Positions 48,299-58,479 of a DNA stretch of 64,000 bases are shown piece by piece. How positions within the stretch are numbered: position 1 is the first letter of the stretch; each line of letters starts with the position of its first letter. The notes below the pieces were generated by a model that was not told where the DNA came from, did no database searches, and saw only the letters and a program-made list of their open reading frames with translations. The stretch lies in IMG/VR virus record IMGVR_UViG_3300028287_000410, positions 32,001 to 96,000 of that record, one strand, 5' to 3'. A program made the translations under genes and the position numbers. This DNA is from a virus.

Positions 48299-49309
48299 TT
48301 ACTCTACTATTACATCTACAATATATGGATACAGATTTGTCATATCACGATATTCCTTGGAACCCGTAATTTTATCGTCAATACAATTTCCCAATTTAAT
48401 TCTACCAAAGTTAAACTTTGGAAGCCAATAATCGTAATAATCACCAACGTCATTTTCTTCACACCATTGATTTTTTGCATTTCGTAGGCTACGAATAGGA
48501 TCTACCTCTGCTTTTTCTGTTGGTAGCGGCATCTCATTAAAAGTAAAATTGAATGCAGGATTTACGTATTCTTGCTGTTTTAATTCTTTAGCTTGAATAA
48601 GTTCTATATCATTAGTATAATAACATTGCTCTAAATCTTTACCTACAGTAGAATAATCAAGAAATAATACACCATTTGATGTACTATCGGTCATTGGTAC
48701 AAACATATTATAATCTTCATCCGACAATCTACAATTTCCCTTTTCCAAAGACGAAGAGTTTCTAAAAACTAAAAAATCATTGTTAAAATTCGTTGCGCCG
48801 CCTTCCATACGATGAACTAGATAATTAACTTTTTCTAATAGCTCGAATAGTCTATCAAAGAACTTTTCATCCGATTCGGGTAGTATACGTTTCGTCATAA
48901 TATCATAACTACAATCTTCGAAAAAACGATGTAATGCATTTAGCTTATCGACTTGTGCATCATTTCCATTGTATTCTAATACGAGGTTGTCTGGAATTAT
49001 CCAATCATCATATCTCATAGCATTTATTTCAGAGATAACTTCATTCATTATCTTCTGTTTCTCTAAAATTTCAGGTGCAGTTAATGATGTATATGTATTA
49101 AAATTAATCGTGAATTCTTCCGAGTTATTCCATACTTTTATGAAATCTTTCACTGGTTTTATATCATACAACTCAAACAACAGTTCATATACATTTTCTT
49201 TTTTATAATCATTATGCTCTGCCAACTGAATTCTATTCGTACCAGAACTATCATGAAAAAATTTCTTAGCTGGAATTTTAGAATATACGATTTTAATATT
49301 ACGTGTCAT
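48299..49309 (-). CDS. Hypothetical protein
   Basis: 336-aa operonic ORF; LNALHRFFE...VNYLVHRME His/Glu helices. Confidence 0.65.
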   Translation of the reverse strand: MTRNIKIVYSKIPAKKFFHDSSGTNRIQLAEHNDYKKENVYELLFELYDIKPVKDFIKVWNNSEEFTINFNTYTSLTAPEILEKQKIMNEVISEINAMRYDDWIIPDNLVLEYNGNDAQVDKLNALHRFFEDCSYDIMTKRILPESDEKFFDRLFELLEKVNYLVHRMEGGATNFNNDFLVFRNSSSLEKGNCRLSDEDYNMFVPMTDSTSNGVLFLDYSTVGKDLEQCYYTNDIELIQAKELKQQEYVNPAFNFTFNEMPLPTEKAEVDPIRSLRNAKNQWCEENDVGDYYDYWLPKFNFGRIKLGNCIDDKITGSKEYRDMTNLYPYIVDVIVE

Positions 49310-49316
49310 GCATTAC

Positions 49317-50081
49317 TTACTTTTCTATTGTATACCTATTTATATCAAACGGGCTTCTTTTATTTTGTCCGATGTTTATAAAATATTTCATTGCTTGTCT
49401 CGCTAACAACTTTTTATTAGTATCTGACATATGATTTAGTTTTTCAAAATATTTAAGGTTTTCCCTGCGTACTATTTGCATTAAGTTAAACTCATCGCCA
49501 TCAAAAAGGTCACTAAATGAATGTAATACTAATACATCATTTTTCATAGTATTCAAATAAGTTTGTACAAGACTAAATTGATTTTTTACATCATCAGCAT
49601 ACATGCAGCGTGTTAAGTATGTTTGCCAAAATTCTTTATCTTTTTTAAAATATTTACATTGTTCTTTAGGAATAGAGGACAGTTCAAAATCAGGATCTAT
49701 AAATTTCCACGCCGTAGAATGCCAACCTTGAGATTCATCATCTAATAAATTTGTAACACGTGAAGCATTGGTCACGCCGAATATTATAGTATCATTTTCG
49801 TCATACTCAGTTTCCATATAATGAAACAGCATTTGAACACTATAATTTAAACTAGTACCTGAGTTTGCATAATTTAAAAGACTCATATTCAAATTATCTG
49901 CTAATAAACCTGTCCAAGACAGACCTTGATTAGGTATATTATGAATCTTACCCGTGCTATGTTGAAAAAAACTATCCCCGAATACTACTAGCCGCCGGCC
50001 TTTTTTATTATTGTCAGTACGATGGATCTTGCGGTTTTCATAATTTATACTTAGTAATAAATTTTTAAGTCTTCTAGTCAT
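49317..50081 (-). CDS. SGNH-like protein
   Basis: VFGDSF, NYANSGTS, LNHMS; start uncertain. Confidence 0.7.
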   Translation of the reverse strand: MTRRLKNLLLSINYENRKIHRTDNNKKGRRLVVFGDSFFQHSTGKIHNIPNQGLSWTGLLADNLNMSLLNYANSGTSLNYSVQMLFHYMETEYDENDTIIFGVTNASRVTNLLDDESQGWHSTAWKFIDPDFELSSIPKEQCKYFKKDKEFWQTYLTRCMYADDVKNQFSLVQTYLNTMKNDVLVLHSFSDLFDGDEFNLMQIVRRENLKYFEKLNHMSDTNKKLLARQAMKYFINIGQNKRSPFDINRYTIEK

Positions 50082-51465
50082 AGCGTTTCCACCAATCATA
50101 TAATTCTGTATCTAGTTTGTAAATATCTTCTAATCGATACTGCTCTTGTCTAATCTTATCAAGTCTATCCTGATAGCCTTTACCATTCTTAAACTCTTGT
50201 TCGTGTGTATCTGGGAACTGTTCAGCAAACGTTGGGCGTTTCTTCATTTCGATAAGGGTATTTATTAGTGTCTCTTGCTTGTTAGTTGCAATGGGTTTCA
50301 TATAATCAAGTAGCTCATCAATCTTTCTGTCCAGAATATGACGCGGCCACGCGAACGGTGACATAACGATGTCAGCATGGAACGCAAACATTATCTTTGT
50401 TTCCATACGTACATCTAGCTCTAATGATAAGTCAAACAAATCTTTTAGTGAGAACATGCCCGGACCAGTGATAGTCAAATCAAACAACATCCTGTGTTTA
50501 CCGCCTGGTGCCGCCAGTCCTTGCTTAAAGTTGTCTAGCCACTCCTCCCATACGATACCTTTACGAATGAACTCTACGATATCTCCTGTGCCATCAATAC
50601 TCGCACACATCAACCAGTCTTTAAACTGTGGCAGATAGTCAAACAAGTTCTTGCCTTTAAAGTCTACACGTGATAGATTAGAATTATAACGCAAATGACA
50701 GTTCTTTGCAGAACCGTTGTTTACCATTTCTTCTAATGCCCACCAATGTATATCATACATAAGAGGTTCTCCGCCTACCCAATAGATTTCTTCTACTACG
50801 CCATCAGAGATAGCTTTCTTGAATTCAGGTTCAGCAACATCTTTCTGAAACTTTTGCATCTTTTGTTTAACTGTTGGTTGCATAAAAGGCTGATGTTCAA
50901 TCGACCACATATCATGCTTTTTCTTTTCAGCTTCCCATGCACTTGATAATTGCTCACCGCACATACGACATTTAAAGTTGCATAGATTACTGTAGCGATA
51001 ATCAAATGAGATTGTAGGCATAGTTGTATACCCATCATCATCTGTTTTGTCAAATGCTTCCTGAATTTTATCTTTAAACAGAACACCAGTGAACCACTTG
51101 CGATACGAACTTAGAGATAGAGTGTCATCATTACATACATCACATTGTGGGATACGTTCACCCGCCATTAGCTTCTTGCGAATGTCACGCATGTATGGGG
51201 AGTTCCAATGCTCTTCTAATGTCATCGGATTGAAATCATCAGCATCAGTTTTAGAATCAGTTACTTTGCCATATTTTGAATCGTTTGATGCATCAATATA
51301 TTGTTTCTGAAAAGAATGCTCTTCACGTGATGCACAACACATTCTACGTTCACCCTGTGGAGAGATATAAGTATGTGACCATGGTGCCATGCAGAAAGTT
51401 TTGTTTTCACTTTCTTCTGCACAACTCGCATCGTCTTTCCAGATGGGTATAATTCTTTTAGTCAT
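50074..51465 (-). CDS. Radical SAM protein with N-terminal twitch/SPASM domain
   Basis: FCMAPW..MCC..CDVC; CNFKCRMC; GGEPL. Confidence 0.92.
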   Translation of the reverse strand: MTKRIIPIWKDDASCAEESENKTFCMAPWSHTYISPQGERRMCCASREEHSFQKQYIDASNDSKYGKVTDSKTDADDFNPMTLEEHWNSPYMRDIRKKLMAGERIPQCDVCNDDTLSLSSYRKWFTGVLFKDKIQEAFDKTDDDGYTTMPTISFDYRYSNLCNFKCRMCGEQLSSAWEAEKKKHDMWSIEHQPFMQPTVKQKMQKFQKDVAEPEFKKAISDGVVEEIYWVGGEPLMYDIHWWALEEMVNNGSAKNCHLRYNSNLSRVDFKGKNLFDYLPQFKDWLMCASIDGTGDIVEFIRKGIVWEEWLDNFKQGLAAPGGKHRMLFDLTITGPGMFSLKDLFDLSLELDVRMETKIMFAFHADIVMSPFAWPRHILDRKIDELLDYMKPIATNKQETLINTLIEMKKRPTFAEQFPDTHEQEFKNGKGYQDRLDKIRQEQYRLEDIYKLDTELYDWWKRYD

Positions 51466-52702
51466 GTACGTAACTCGCTAACTCTGGTAAGTAATCTTCA
51501 ACTCTTTGATTTCTAATGGTATCTAACTTTCTTGTAATCTTAGAATACTGTGGCCACCATTCTTCATGCATACTTGGGTTATCAAGCATTTTTCTATAAC
51601 TTATAAACTGCGGTAGTGTATATGATACATCATTATTCTGAGTTTGTAAATAGTTAATATGGTCATCTAGTTTCTTTTTTGCGTTATTCATCACTTCAGG
51701 AGGAGCAATTTCTACACGATAATATTCTGGATGAAACAATGGGTTAAGTCCAAACTTGTTAATGTCTATAAGTTCATTCTCATACAAATACTTATGCAAG
51801 TCTACGACATGGTCAATGTTCATGATACCAACAGTACAGCTATCAAATATTTCTACGTTCGGACATTCACGTCTTATAAGACGAATGTTCTCTTCAATCT
51901 TGTCCCACGGTTGCCCTGCTCTTACGTATTCCGCACGTGGACCATATGCATCAATAGATGCCATAATCTTAACACGTTCTAGTTTATTCCAAATATCAAT
52001 TGCACTGCGTTTCTTGTATGTAAGTTGACTTAAATTTGTCTGATAAAAGATATGAGCATTAAGATTTCCCTGTGCAATTACTTCATCGATGAAAGCCCAA
52101 TGCTCTGGCATAATAAGAGGTTCACCACCTGCAAAGTAAATACGTTCTAAATTTTTAATTTGTGGTCTAGTTTCATCCATCAATGAATCAAAATTACTTC
52201 TAACTTTTTTTACTTTTTGATGGTGTATCGCAAACGTATCACCTAATAGTTTAACACTATCATCAAACCACATTGTACTAAAATCAGGACCGCAACTTCT
52301 ACACTTCATATTACAATTGTTACTGAAACGAATATCCCAATATGTAATTCGTAGCTCGTTTAAAGTGCCATCCTCTGAGGTGTTTTCTACTAAATCATAA
52401 TGATGACCGTTTTCTTTATTCATACTTTGTCGTAAAGATTTGAATCCATATTCTTCTTGCTCATAGCATCGTGTACACGCTTCACTACGTTCTCCGTTAA
52501 GCATGTTCTTACGTAGTTGTTTTGCTTTATCTGTATTAAGAATATCTCCGAGTGGAGTATCATTTAAATTACCAAATTGATGTTCTTTTCCAACATTACT
52601 TAAACAACATGGATACACTTCACCACCTGCCCAAGCATGTACATGTACCCAAGGTGCCATACAGAATACTTTACTATCTTTTATATCATATTTGTTCATC
52701 AA
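51458..52702 (-). CDS. Radical SAM protein with N-terminal twitch/SPASM domain
   Basis: FCMAPW..PCC..CTRC; CNMKCRSC; GGEPL. Confidence 0.92.
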   Translation of the reverse strand: MMNKYDIKDSKVFCMAPWVHVHAWAGGEVYPCCLSNVGKEHQFGNLNDTPLGDILNTDKAKQLRKNMLNGERSEACTRCYEQEEYGFKSLRQSMNKENGHHYDLVENTSEDGTLNELRITYWDIRFSNNCNMKCRSCGPDFSTMWFDDSVKLLGDTFAIHHQKVKKVRSNFDSLMDETRPQIKNLERIYFAGGEPLIMPEHWAFIDEVIAQGNLNAHIFYQTNLSQLTYKKRSAIDIWNKLERVKIMASIDAYGPRAEYVRAGQPWDKIEENIRLIRRECPNVEIFDSCTVGIMNIDHVVDLHKYLYENELIDINKFGLNPLFHPEYYRVEIAPPEVMNNAKKKLDDHINYLQTQNNDVSYTLPQFISYRKMLDNPSMHEEWWPQYSKITRKLDTIRNQRVEDYLPELASYVHD

Positions 52703-53825
52703 TATACTCTACTAATTCTGGGAATGCTACTTCAAATAGTCCCGGTCTTGTTCTTCTTGAATAATCTAATTTACTACGAAGGTTAGATATATCTCCAGTG
52801 CCGTTCATTATTCTAATCAACCAATTATCATTACCAATAATTGGGTTAATCTGACAATCATCTAATTTGTGATTTTCAAATTTAAGTCTAATACGCTGTT
52901 TAAATTCTTCTGGTAAGTCAATAGAATTAAATGGGTGTGTGACAATATTATTGAATACTTTAACATTATGTTCACTGCACCAAACATGAAAGTCCGGCAA
53001 GTCAAATATATTTAGTGCGGATACACTATGCGATATTTCTACTTGACATAAGCCTTCATCTCTAATAGAAATAAATTTCTTAAACACTTCATATGTTTCT
53101 TCCCATTTACCTGGATATCTCTGAAACTCAAACTTCTCATGTGTGTTATCTAGGCTAAGCATAATACGAACAAGTTTAAACTCTTTAAAATATTTAACAA
53201 GTTCTTCTGGCCATATAGTACAGTTAGTAAACCATGTGATTTCGATATTCTTTGCTAAGTCACGTTTAACAAGAAACTCAATCAGAATCTTTTGCTTCTT
53301 AATCATGAACGGTTCCCCACCTGCTAATTCAACTCTTTTCAAGTTATTAGCATGTAGATTAAGTTCTTCCCAGAATTCATCTGTGTCTTGCCATTTAGGT
53401 GCAGGCGTATACTTAATACCAAATTGTTTATCTATACTTCCCCATTTACTACTAGAATGCGAACCACAAATTGCACATGCTAAGTTACATGTGTTCCCCA
53501 TTTTTAAATCGATTGATTGTAGCATGTCTTGTTCAAAACCAAGATTATCTTTCCAAAGTTTTATCTCTCTGGTACGTTTACTTTCACCGCCAGACTTTTC
53601 TACGTCATAGCACTGAGTACAATCTTTTTCAAAATGTGAATCGAAGTTATCAATCCATTCTTTTCTATCTGATGAATTGATAACTTCTGTAATAGTATTT
53701 GTATATGCGTTTGCTTTTTTGCCATCAATAGAAAAACGTTTTGAGCTAATACAACACGGAGTCATTTCTCCTTGTGTCGTAAGTTCAATATTGTTAGTTA
53801 CTAATGGACAAAACTTCCTAGTCAT
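52686..53825 (-). CDS. Radical SAM protein with N-terminal twitch/SPASM domain
   Basis: FCPL..PCC..CTQC; CNLACAIC; GGEPF. Confidence 0.92.
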   Translation of the reverse strand: MTRKFCPLVTNNIELTTQGEMTPCCISSKRFSIDGKKANAYTNTITEVINSSDRKEWIDNFDSHFEKDCTQCYDVEKSGGESKRTREIKLWKDNLGFEQDMLQSIDLKMGNTCNLACAICGSHSSSKWGSIDKQFGIKYTPAPKWQDTDEFWEELNLHANNLKRVELAGGEPFMIKKQKILIEFLVKRDLAKNIEITWFTNCTIWPEELVKYFKEFKLVRIMLSLDNTHEKFEFQRYPGKWEETYEVFKKFISIRDEGLCQVEISHSVSALNIFDLPDFHVWCSEHNVKVFNNIVTHPFNSIDLPEEFKQRIRLKFENHKLDDCQINPIIGNDNWLIRIMNGTGDISNLRSKLDYSRRTRPGLFEVAFPELVEYIDEQI

Positions 53826-55365
53826 CTACCACAACACCACCTAGTGCGTCATTCTCTGTATCCCAACCACCAACAGCTTTCTCATGTTCATCATCGCCGC
53901 CATCATACGCTTCAGTCGTTGCAGGGTCCCCGGCACGATCCGCAACACTAAGAACAAACGTTTTAGTCTTAATTTGTTCTTCTGTAGGGACTTCCGCTTC
54001 AAGTGTTTGATACCAATCTGCTATTGGACCAGGGAATGTTTCGACAAAGTTATGACCTCTACGCACATCAAACTGTTGAAAGAATGCTTTAAAGTCATGA
54101 TATAGTTTATCTTGCTCGGCTGTATTCTTATGTGGAGTCTTAACAATATCAAGATAATCAATTAGACGTTGAATACTTGCGCGTTCGCCATCAGTCAATG
54201 CTTGTTGATTTAAAAAGAACCATGCTTCTAGTTTGTCTTTATAGAATGTTTTGATATTCACAGGAAGAATTGCCGCACTTTGAAATGATGGGAAACGTAA
54301 AATGTTTAGCGTCATTGTTGGCGCACGTTTTCCATATTCTTTACGTAGTTCAAGCATCTCATCCATGAACTCTGTAATAGTAGTTAAGCATAATGAATTG
54401 ATTGTCATCATCATATGTAACTTCTGTACATTAGATTCTTTAAGAACACGATGGATACTATTCATCCATAGATCATAATCTAGGCCGTCACGTATATACT
54501 CAGCTTGTGTTTTTGCTGCTTCCATCGATGTGTAAATTTCAAAGTTGGGAACATGCCATGATTTCTCGATCAATTTGTCCAACACTTTGGGTGTCTGCGG
54601 AGAGAGATTACTATTGATAGCAAATCTCATGTTACGACCGCGATGTGGATTTTGTTCAAACCAATCAAACAACTTCCATGTACCAGTATGCATAATAGGC
54701 TCGCCGCCTGTAATGCGAATTTCTTCTAAGTTGTCTGCAAGATCACTTTCCCACCATTCGTGAAACGCTTTAATGAACGGGTTGTCTTCTGCTTTTCTTG
54801 CTGCAGGTTCTGCCCATGGTGCAGTGTCAACAAAGTGACCGCGACCATCAGACTGAATGTTTTGATATGCACCATAATCGTTGATGTCTTTAACCCATGC
54901 AGTTGAAAATGCTGGGTTACAATAAGTACATTTTAGATTACATGCTCTATCGAATGAGATTTCAAGTGTGCGTAGAAGCGCATTTTGATCCCATGGCATT
55001 TCCATACTTGCATCAATATCTTCATCTTTGAAGATTTCAGTTTTGAATACACGGTCAGAGATATGGTCTTTACCCATGTCTTCAACTTTCCAACAGTATT
55101 CACATTCTGCTGGGCGCTTACCTTCTTGCATTTGCTTACGCATAAGTTTCTTATGCTTTGTATTGTGAATTGCAGTTGGGTTATCTTTTAATTCTTCAAG
55201 TGGAATCCAGTGCCCGGGCGGGTGGTGACAACTTGCTGTCTGTCCGTGACCTAACCAAATAGTAGCGTTATACCATTTAGCGGCACAGTAGCTTTCACTC
55301 TTGCTGTCGATCATACGCTCTTTGTATTGATGAAGGGTTTCGCCTTCCCAGTGTTTACGCCCCAT
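53818..55365 (-). CDS. Radical SAM protein with N-terminal twitch-like domain
   Basis: CAAKW..SCHHP..CEYCW; CNLKCTYC; GGEPI. Confidence 0.92.
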   Translation of the reverse strand: MGRKHWEGETLHQYKERMIDSKSESYCAAKWYNATIWLGHGQTASCHHPPGHWIPLEELKDNPTAIHNTKHKKLMRKQMQEGKRPAECEYCWKVEDMGKDHISDRVFKTEIFKDEDIDASMEMPWDQNALLRTLEISFDRACNLKCTYCNPAFSTAWVKDINDYGAYQNIQSDGRGHFVDTAPWAEPAARKAEDNPFIKAFHEWWESDLADNLEEIRITGGEPIMHTGTWKLFDWFEQNPHRGRNMRFAINSNLSPQTPKVLDKLIEKSWHVPNFEIYTSMEAAKTQAEYIRDGLDYDLWMNSIHRVLKESNVQKLHMMMTINSLCLTTITEFMDEMLELRKEYGKRAPTMTLNILRFPSFQSAAILPVNIKTFYKDKLEAWFFLNQQALTDGERASIQRLIDYLDIVKTPHKNTAEQDKLYHDFKAFFQQFDVRRGHNFVETFPGPIADWYQTLEAEVPTEEQIKTKTFVLSVADRAGDPATTEAYDGGDDEHEKAVGGWDTENDALGGVVVDD

Positions 55366-56923
55366 ATTTTACCTCGTATTCTTCTTTAGCTTCATTCCAG
55401 AAGTCTGTCATTTCAGGGAATGTTTCTAAGAAATTTAGTCCCCTACGCTTATCGTACTGTGTAAAGTATTCGTAGAAACGAATTAACTTATCACTTAATT
55501 CTGCGTCACTCATATTTAGTCCTTCTTTTGCCCAAGCTAAATCACGCTCAAGTTTTAGGACTTCATAGTTCTTAAACCCAGTGTACTTACGACCATACAA
55601 GTCGTTCTCTAATACGTTAGCTTTCATATAATCAATGTTCTGTTGAATAGTATCTAACATGATAGGATCTGCTAACTGAATGGTCATCCAGTCTGGATAG
55701 CGTAAGTAAGGAATATCAAACCAAATACGTTGACGTTTTTTACGAACAAATTCTGGATGCTTAAATCCATTTCGGTCGGGAGGCTGAATAACTTTGTCTT
55801 CTTGTTTCTCATAGCCAAACTCTTCACGTAGTTTTAGAATCATATCTAAGAACCCACGTAAATTCGGTATACTTAGGAGAGTAAAAGTGTTAATAAATGA
55901 AATCTCTGTACCATCTGTTTCAGATAATACTCGACGGCAATTTTCATACATTGTATCAAAATCAAGACCATCACGCAGATATTCAGCCTGTTTCCCAACA
56001 CTGTCTACACTTACATATAAACTAAAATGTTTACATGCTGGTGCAACATACCAATGATTGCCGCTATCAGGATTGAAACGTTCTGGATCTTCCCAAACAC
56101 GGACTTCTTCTAATTTCTGTATTTTCGCAATGAACTTATCCATTAACGCTGGTTGAGGAGGCGCCATGTTTGACGTAATACTCAAATCTAAGAATGCGTT
56201 TGGATTTTCATTGACGTAATCTAATACTTTGAATGTATTCTTATCCATGAGAGGTTCACCACCTGTCATACGAAATACTTTCAAGTCTTTATATGTTTCT
56301 GGAAACCACTTCCAGAATGCTTCGATATATGGATTATCTTTACGTGCAACTTCAAGTGGCATCATGCCAGTCTTACGTAAGTAATCAATATCATTATGTC
56401 CAGTACCATTTGAGAAGCGGAAGCCACCATGCTTCTTAATATCATCTTCCCATGCTGTACTAAGATGCGGAGAACAATAAGAACACTTTAAGTTACACGC
56501 TTGATTGAAGTTTACTTCAACATATCTCGGTGTAATCTTATGATCCCATGGATTATTTACTACTTCATCCCATGCGTCTTTAACCCACCACTCACTTGAG
56601 CGATAATGTCTGTCACTCAATCTTCCTTCTGTGGGAGCATTGGGCGCATCTTCTACATTCCAACAGTACTGACAACCCTCAGGGCGCTTACCCTGCAACA
56701 TTTGCTTACGCTCTTGCATCTTGAATGTTGTATTGTGTAATGCACCTACATCTTTTTTCAGTTCATCTAACGGAATCGCATGTGTGGGAGGATGATAACA
56801 ACTATGTGTGCGACCTTGTGGTAAATGCAAACTTACTTGCAACCACTTAGCCATACACATTGAAGGTGAAAGAGAATTTAATTTTTGACGTGTTGCTTGT
56901 GCATCGTCATCGTAATTTGACAT
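55355..56923 (-). CDS. Radical SAM protein (paralog of 53818..55365)
   Basis: CMAKW..SCYHP..CQYCW; CNLKCSYC; GGEPL. Confidence 0.92.
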   Translation of the reverse strand: MSNYDDDAQATRQKLNSLSPSMCMAKWLQVSLHLPQGRTHSCYHPPTHAIPLDELKKDVGALHNTTFKMQERKQMLQGKRPEGCQYCWNVEDAPNAPTEGRLSDRHYRSSEWWVKDAWDEVVNNPWDHKITPRYVEVNFNQACNLKCSYCSPHLSTAWEDDIKKHGGFRFSNGTGHNDIDYLRKTGMMPLEVARKDNPYIEAFWKWFPETYKDLKVFRMTGGEPLMDKNTFKVLDYVNENPNAFLDLSITSNMAPPQPALMDKFIAKIQKLEEVRVWEDPERFNPDSGNHWYVAPACKHFSLYVSVDSVGKQAEYLRDGLDFDTMYENCRRVLSETDGTEISFINTFTLLSIPNLRGFLDMILKLREEFGYEKQEDKVIQPPDRNGFKHPEFVRKKRQRIWFDIPYLRYPDWMTIQLADPIMLDTIQQNIDYMKANVLENDLYGRKYTGFKNYEVLKLERDLAWAKEGLNMSDAELSDKLIRFYEYFTQYDKRRGLNFLETFPEMTDFWNEAKEEYEVKYGA

Positions 56924-57901
56924 TTAATGTCCGCTCCAGCCTGTTGTCTTTTCTGTTGCCATTGGATTCTTAACACGAGGCGGATTAGTATATACCCGCT
57001 TAAAGAATGAAGCTACTTCTGGTGTTGGATCACATAGTTCCATACCAATCTTATCAACTAAGATATCGCCAATACGCAGACATTCATCAAACAATTTATC
57101 ATAGTCCCATTCTACTTTTGTATTCTCACATTTCATTTCGCCACCTGAGAACTTGGGTAATACTTCGTTCTCGAAATACTCTTTGAACCAATCATAGCTA
57201 GAAATATTTTCTAGTACAAAATCATCATTCAAGTTCATATCATAACAGCCCAAACGTGCACCGAACAATGCCCAGATACCGTTCTCTACATCAGAACCAA
57301 TGTTACACCATGTGATTAGACGCTCGTAATTCTTAGGCCAGATACGTTTCTTAAAGTCTTCTACTGGAACTTTCTTACCTTCGTCAAGTGACATTTTAGC
57401 ACCTTCACGATACCCTGCACGAAATGCTTGGAACGGTGAACCTGCATTATATACTAGTGAGTATACATTGTTCATCTGAATGTAGTTCAAATCCCAACAG
57501 AAGTCAACCTTTTTAGTTTCATCTTCTGCGTTTTCATGTGTCTTCATATCTAACACAAGTTGTACAGGCCAACACTTAATGCCGCCATTACCGTAGACTA
57601 GACCGTTAACAACATTCTTTGCTGACCATGAAATAACTGAGTTAGCTAAATCTGTACCTTCTGGGAATGTAAGTTTAATATCAAAGAACTTTTCATCTAC
57701 AATGTTATCACCGTCAATAGTAATAAATCTATCTGTATCACTTTGTCTCGCACATTCTTTATGTGCGTTATCAAATCCTTTTACACCGTCTACACGTTTA
57801 GCAAACGGAAACTTCTGTAAGATGTCCGCCCAGTGTTTCTCTTTATTAGGTTCATCGTAACTTAGATAAAAAACATCTAGTTCGCCAATTTCTAATTCCA
57901 T
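56924..57901 (-). CDS. Glycosyltransferase-like protein (homolog of the last module of 27363..31022)
   Basis: LSYDEP, RVDGVKG..AH, TIDGDN, YGNGGIKCW, AFRAGYREG. Confidence 0.7.
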   Translation of the reverse strand: MELEIGELDVFYLSYDEPNKEKHWADILQKFPFAKRVDGVKGFDNAHKECARQSDTDRFITIDGDNIVDEKFFDIKLTFPEGTDLANSVISWSAKNVVNGLVYGNGGIKCWPVQLVLDMKTHENAEDETKKVDFCWDLNYIQMNNVYSLVYNAGSPFQAFRAGYREGAKMSLDEGKKVPVEDFKKRIWPKNYERLITWCNIGSDVENGIWALFGARLGCYDMNLNDDFVLENISSYDWFKEYFENEVLPKFSGGEMKCENTKVEWDYDKLFDECLRIGDILVDKIGMELCDPTPEVASFFKRVYTNPPRVKNPMATEKTTGWSGH

Positions 57902-57903
57902 TA

Positions 57904-58479
57904 TTATACTCTCCTTAACGAATAACTGTCGAAGTACTTACGAGTGTAAATACTTATATTGTATTTATAGTCGTAGTTAATAGTTACTTTTTCACCACTC
58001 AACAAATCACTAAACTTAATCATTTGCATACTGATAAGAAACTCTGGCCTATCTTTGTGCGTAATGAAGAATGGATGTGAGTCTGTTCCGGCGACTATAA
58101 CGGATTGGTTCTTGTCTACATTTGAACGTTCTACAAGTCCAGCACTTGCACTGATAACAATAGCATCTTCTGTCATTTCTATATTAATGTCAGCGCCGTC
58201 AAGTTCTGTAATCTTTGTTATCTGATTTTCAGAACTACGTTGCTTAATATTGACCTTACGCTTTACAATATCGTACATCAATGGATTGACGTTGCGCTTT
58301 ATAGTGTAGTCCGAAAACTTATACGTGCCATCAATGAACGGAAGAATATCATCTAGTTCAAACATTGCATACATGTTATCAGTATCGTCAGTTCTTCCAC
58401 TGATACTTGTTATAGTACCAGTGTCATCAAAGTACACATATCTGTTTGTTCTGTTTTCTTCTAATGTACTTGTAATCAT
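57904..58479 (-). CDS. Hypothetical protein
   Basis: ATGA-coupled start at 58479. Confidence 0.7.
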   Translation of the reverse strand: MITSTLEENRTNRYVYFDDTGTITSISGRTDDTDNMYAMFELDDILPFIDGTYKFSDYTIKRNVNPLMYDIVKRKVNIKQRSSENQITKITELDGADINIEMTEDAIVISASAGLVERSNVDKNQSVIVAGTDSHPFFITHKDRPEFLISMQMIKFSDLLSGEKVTINYDYKYNISIYTRKYFDSYSLRRV

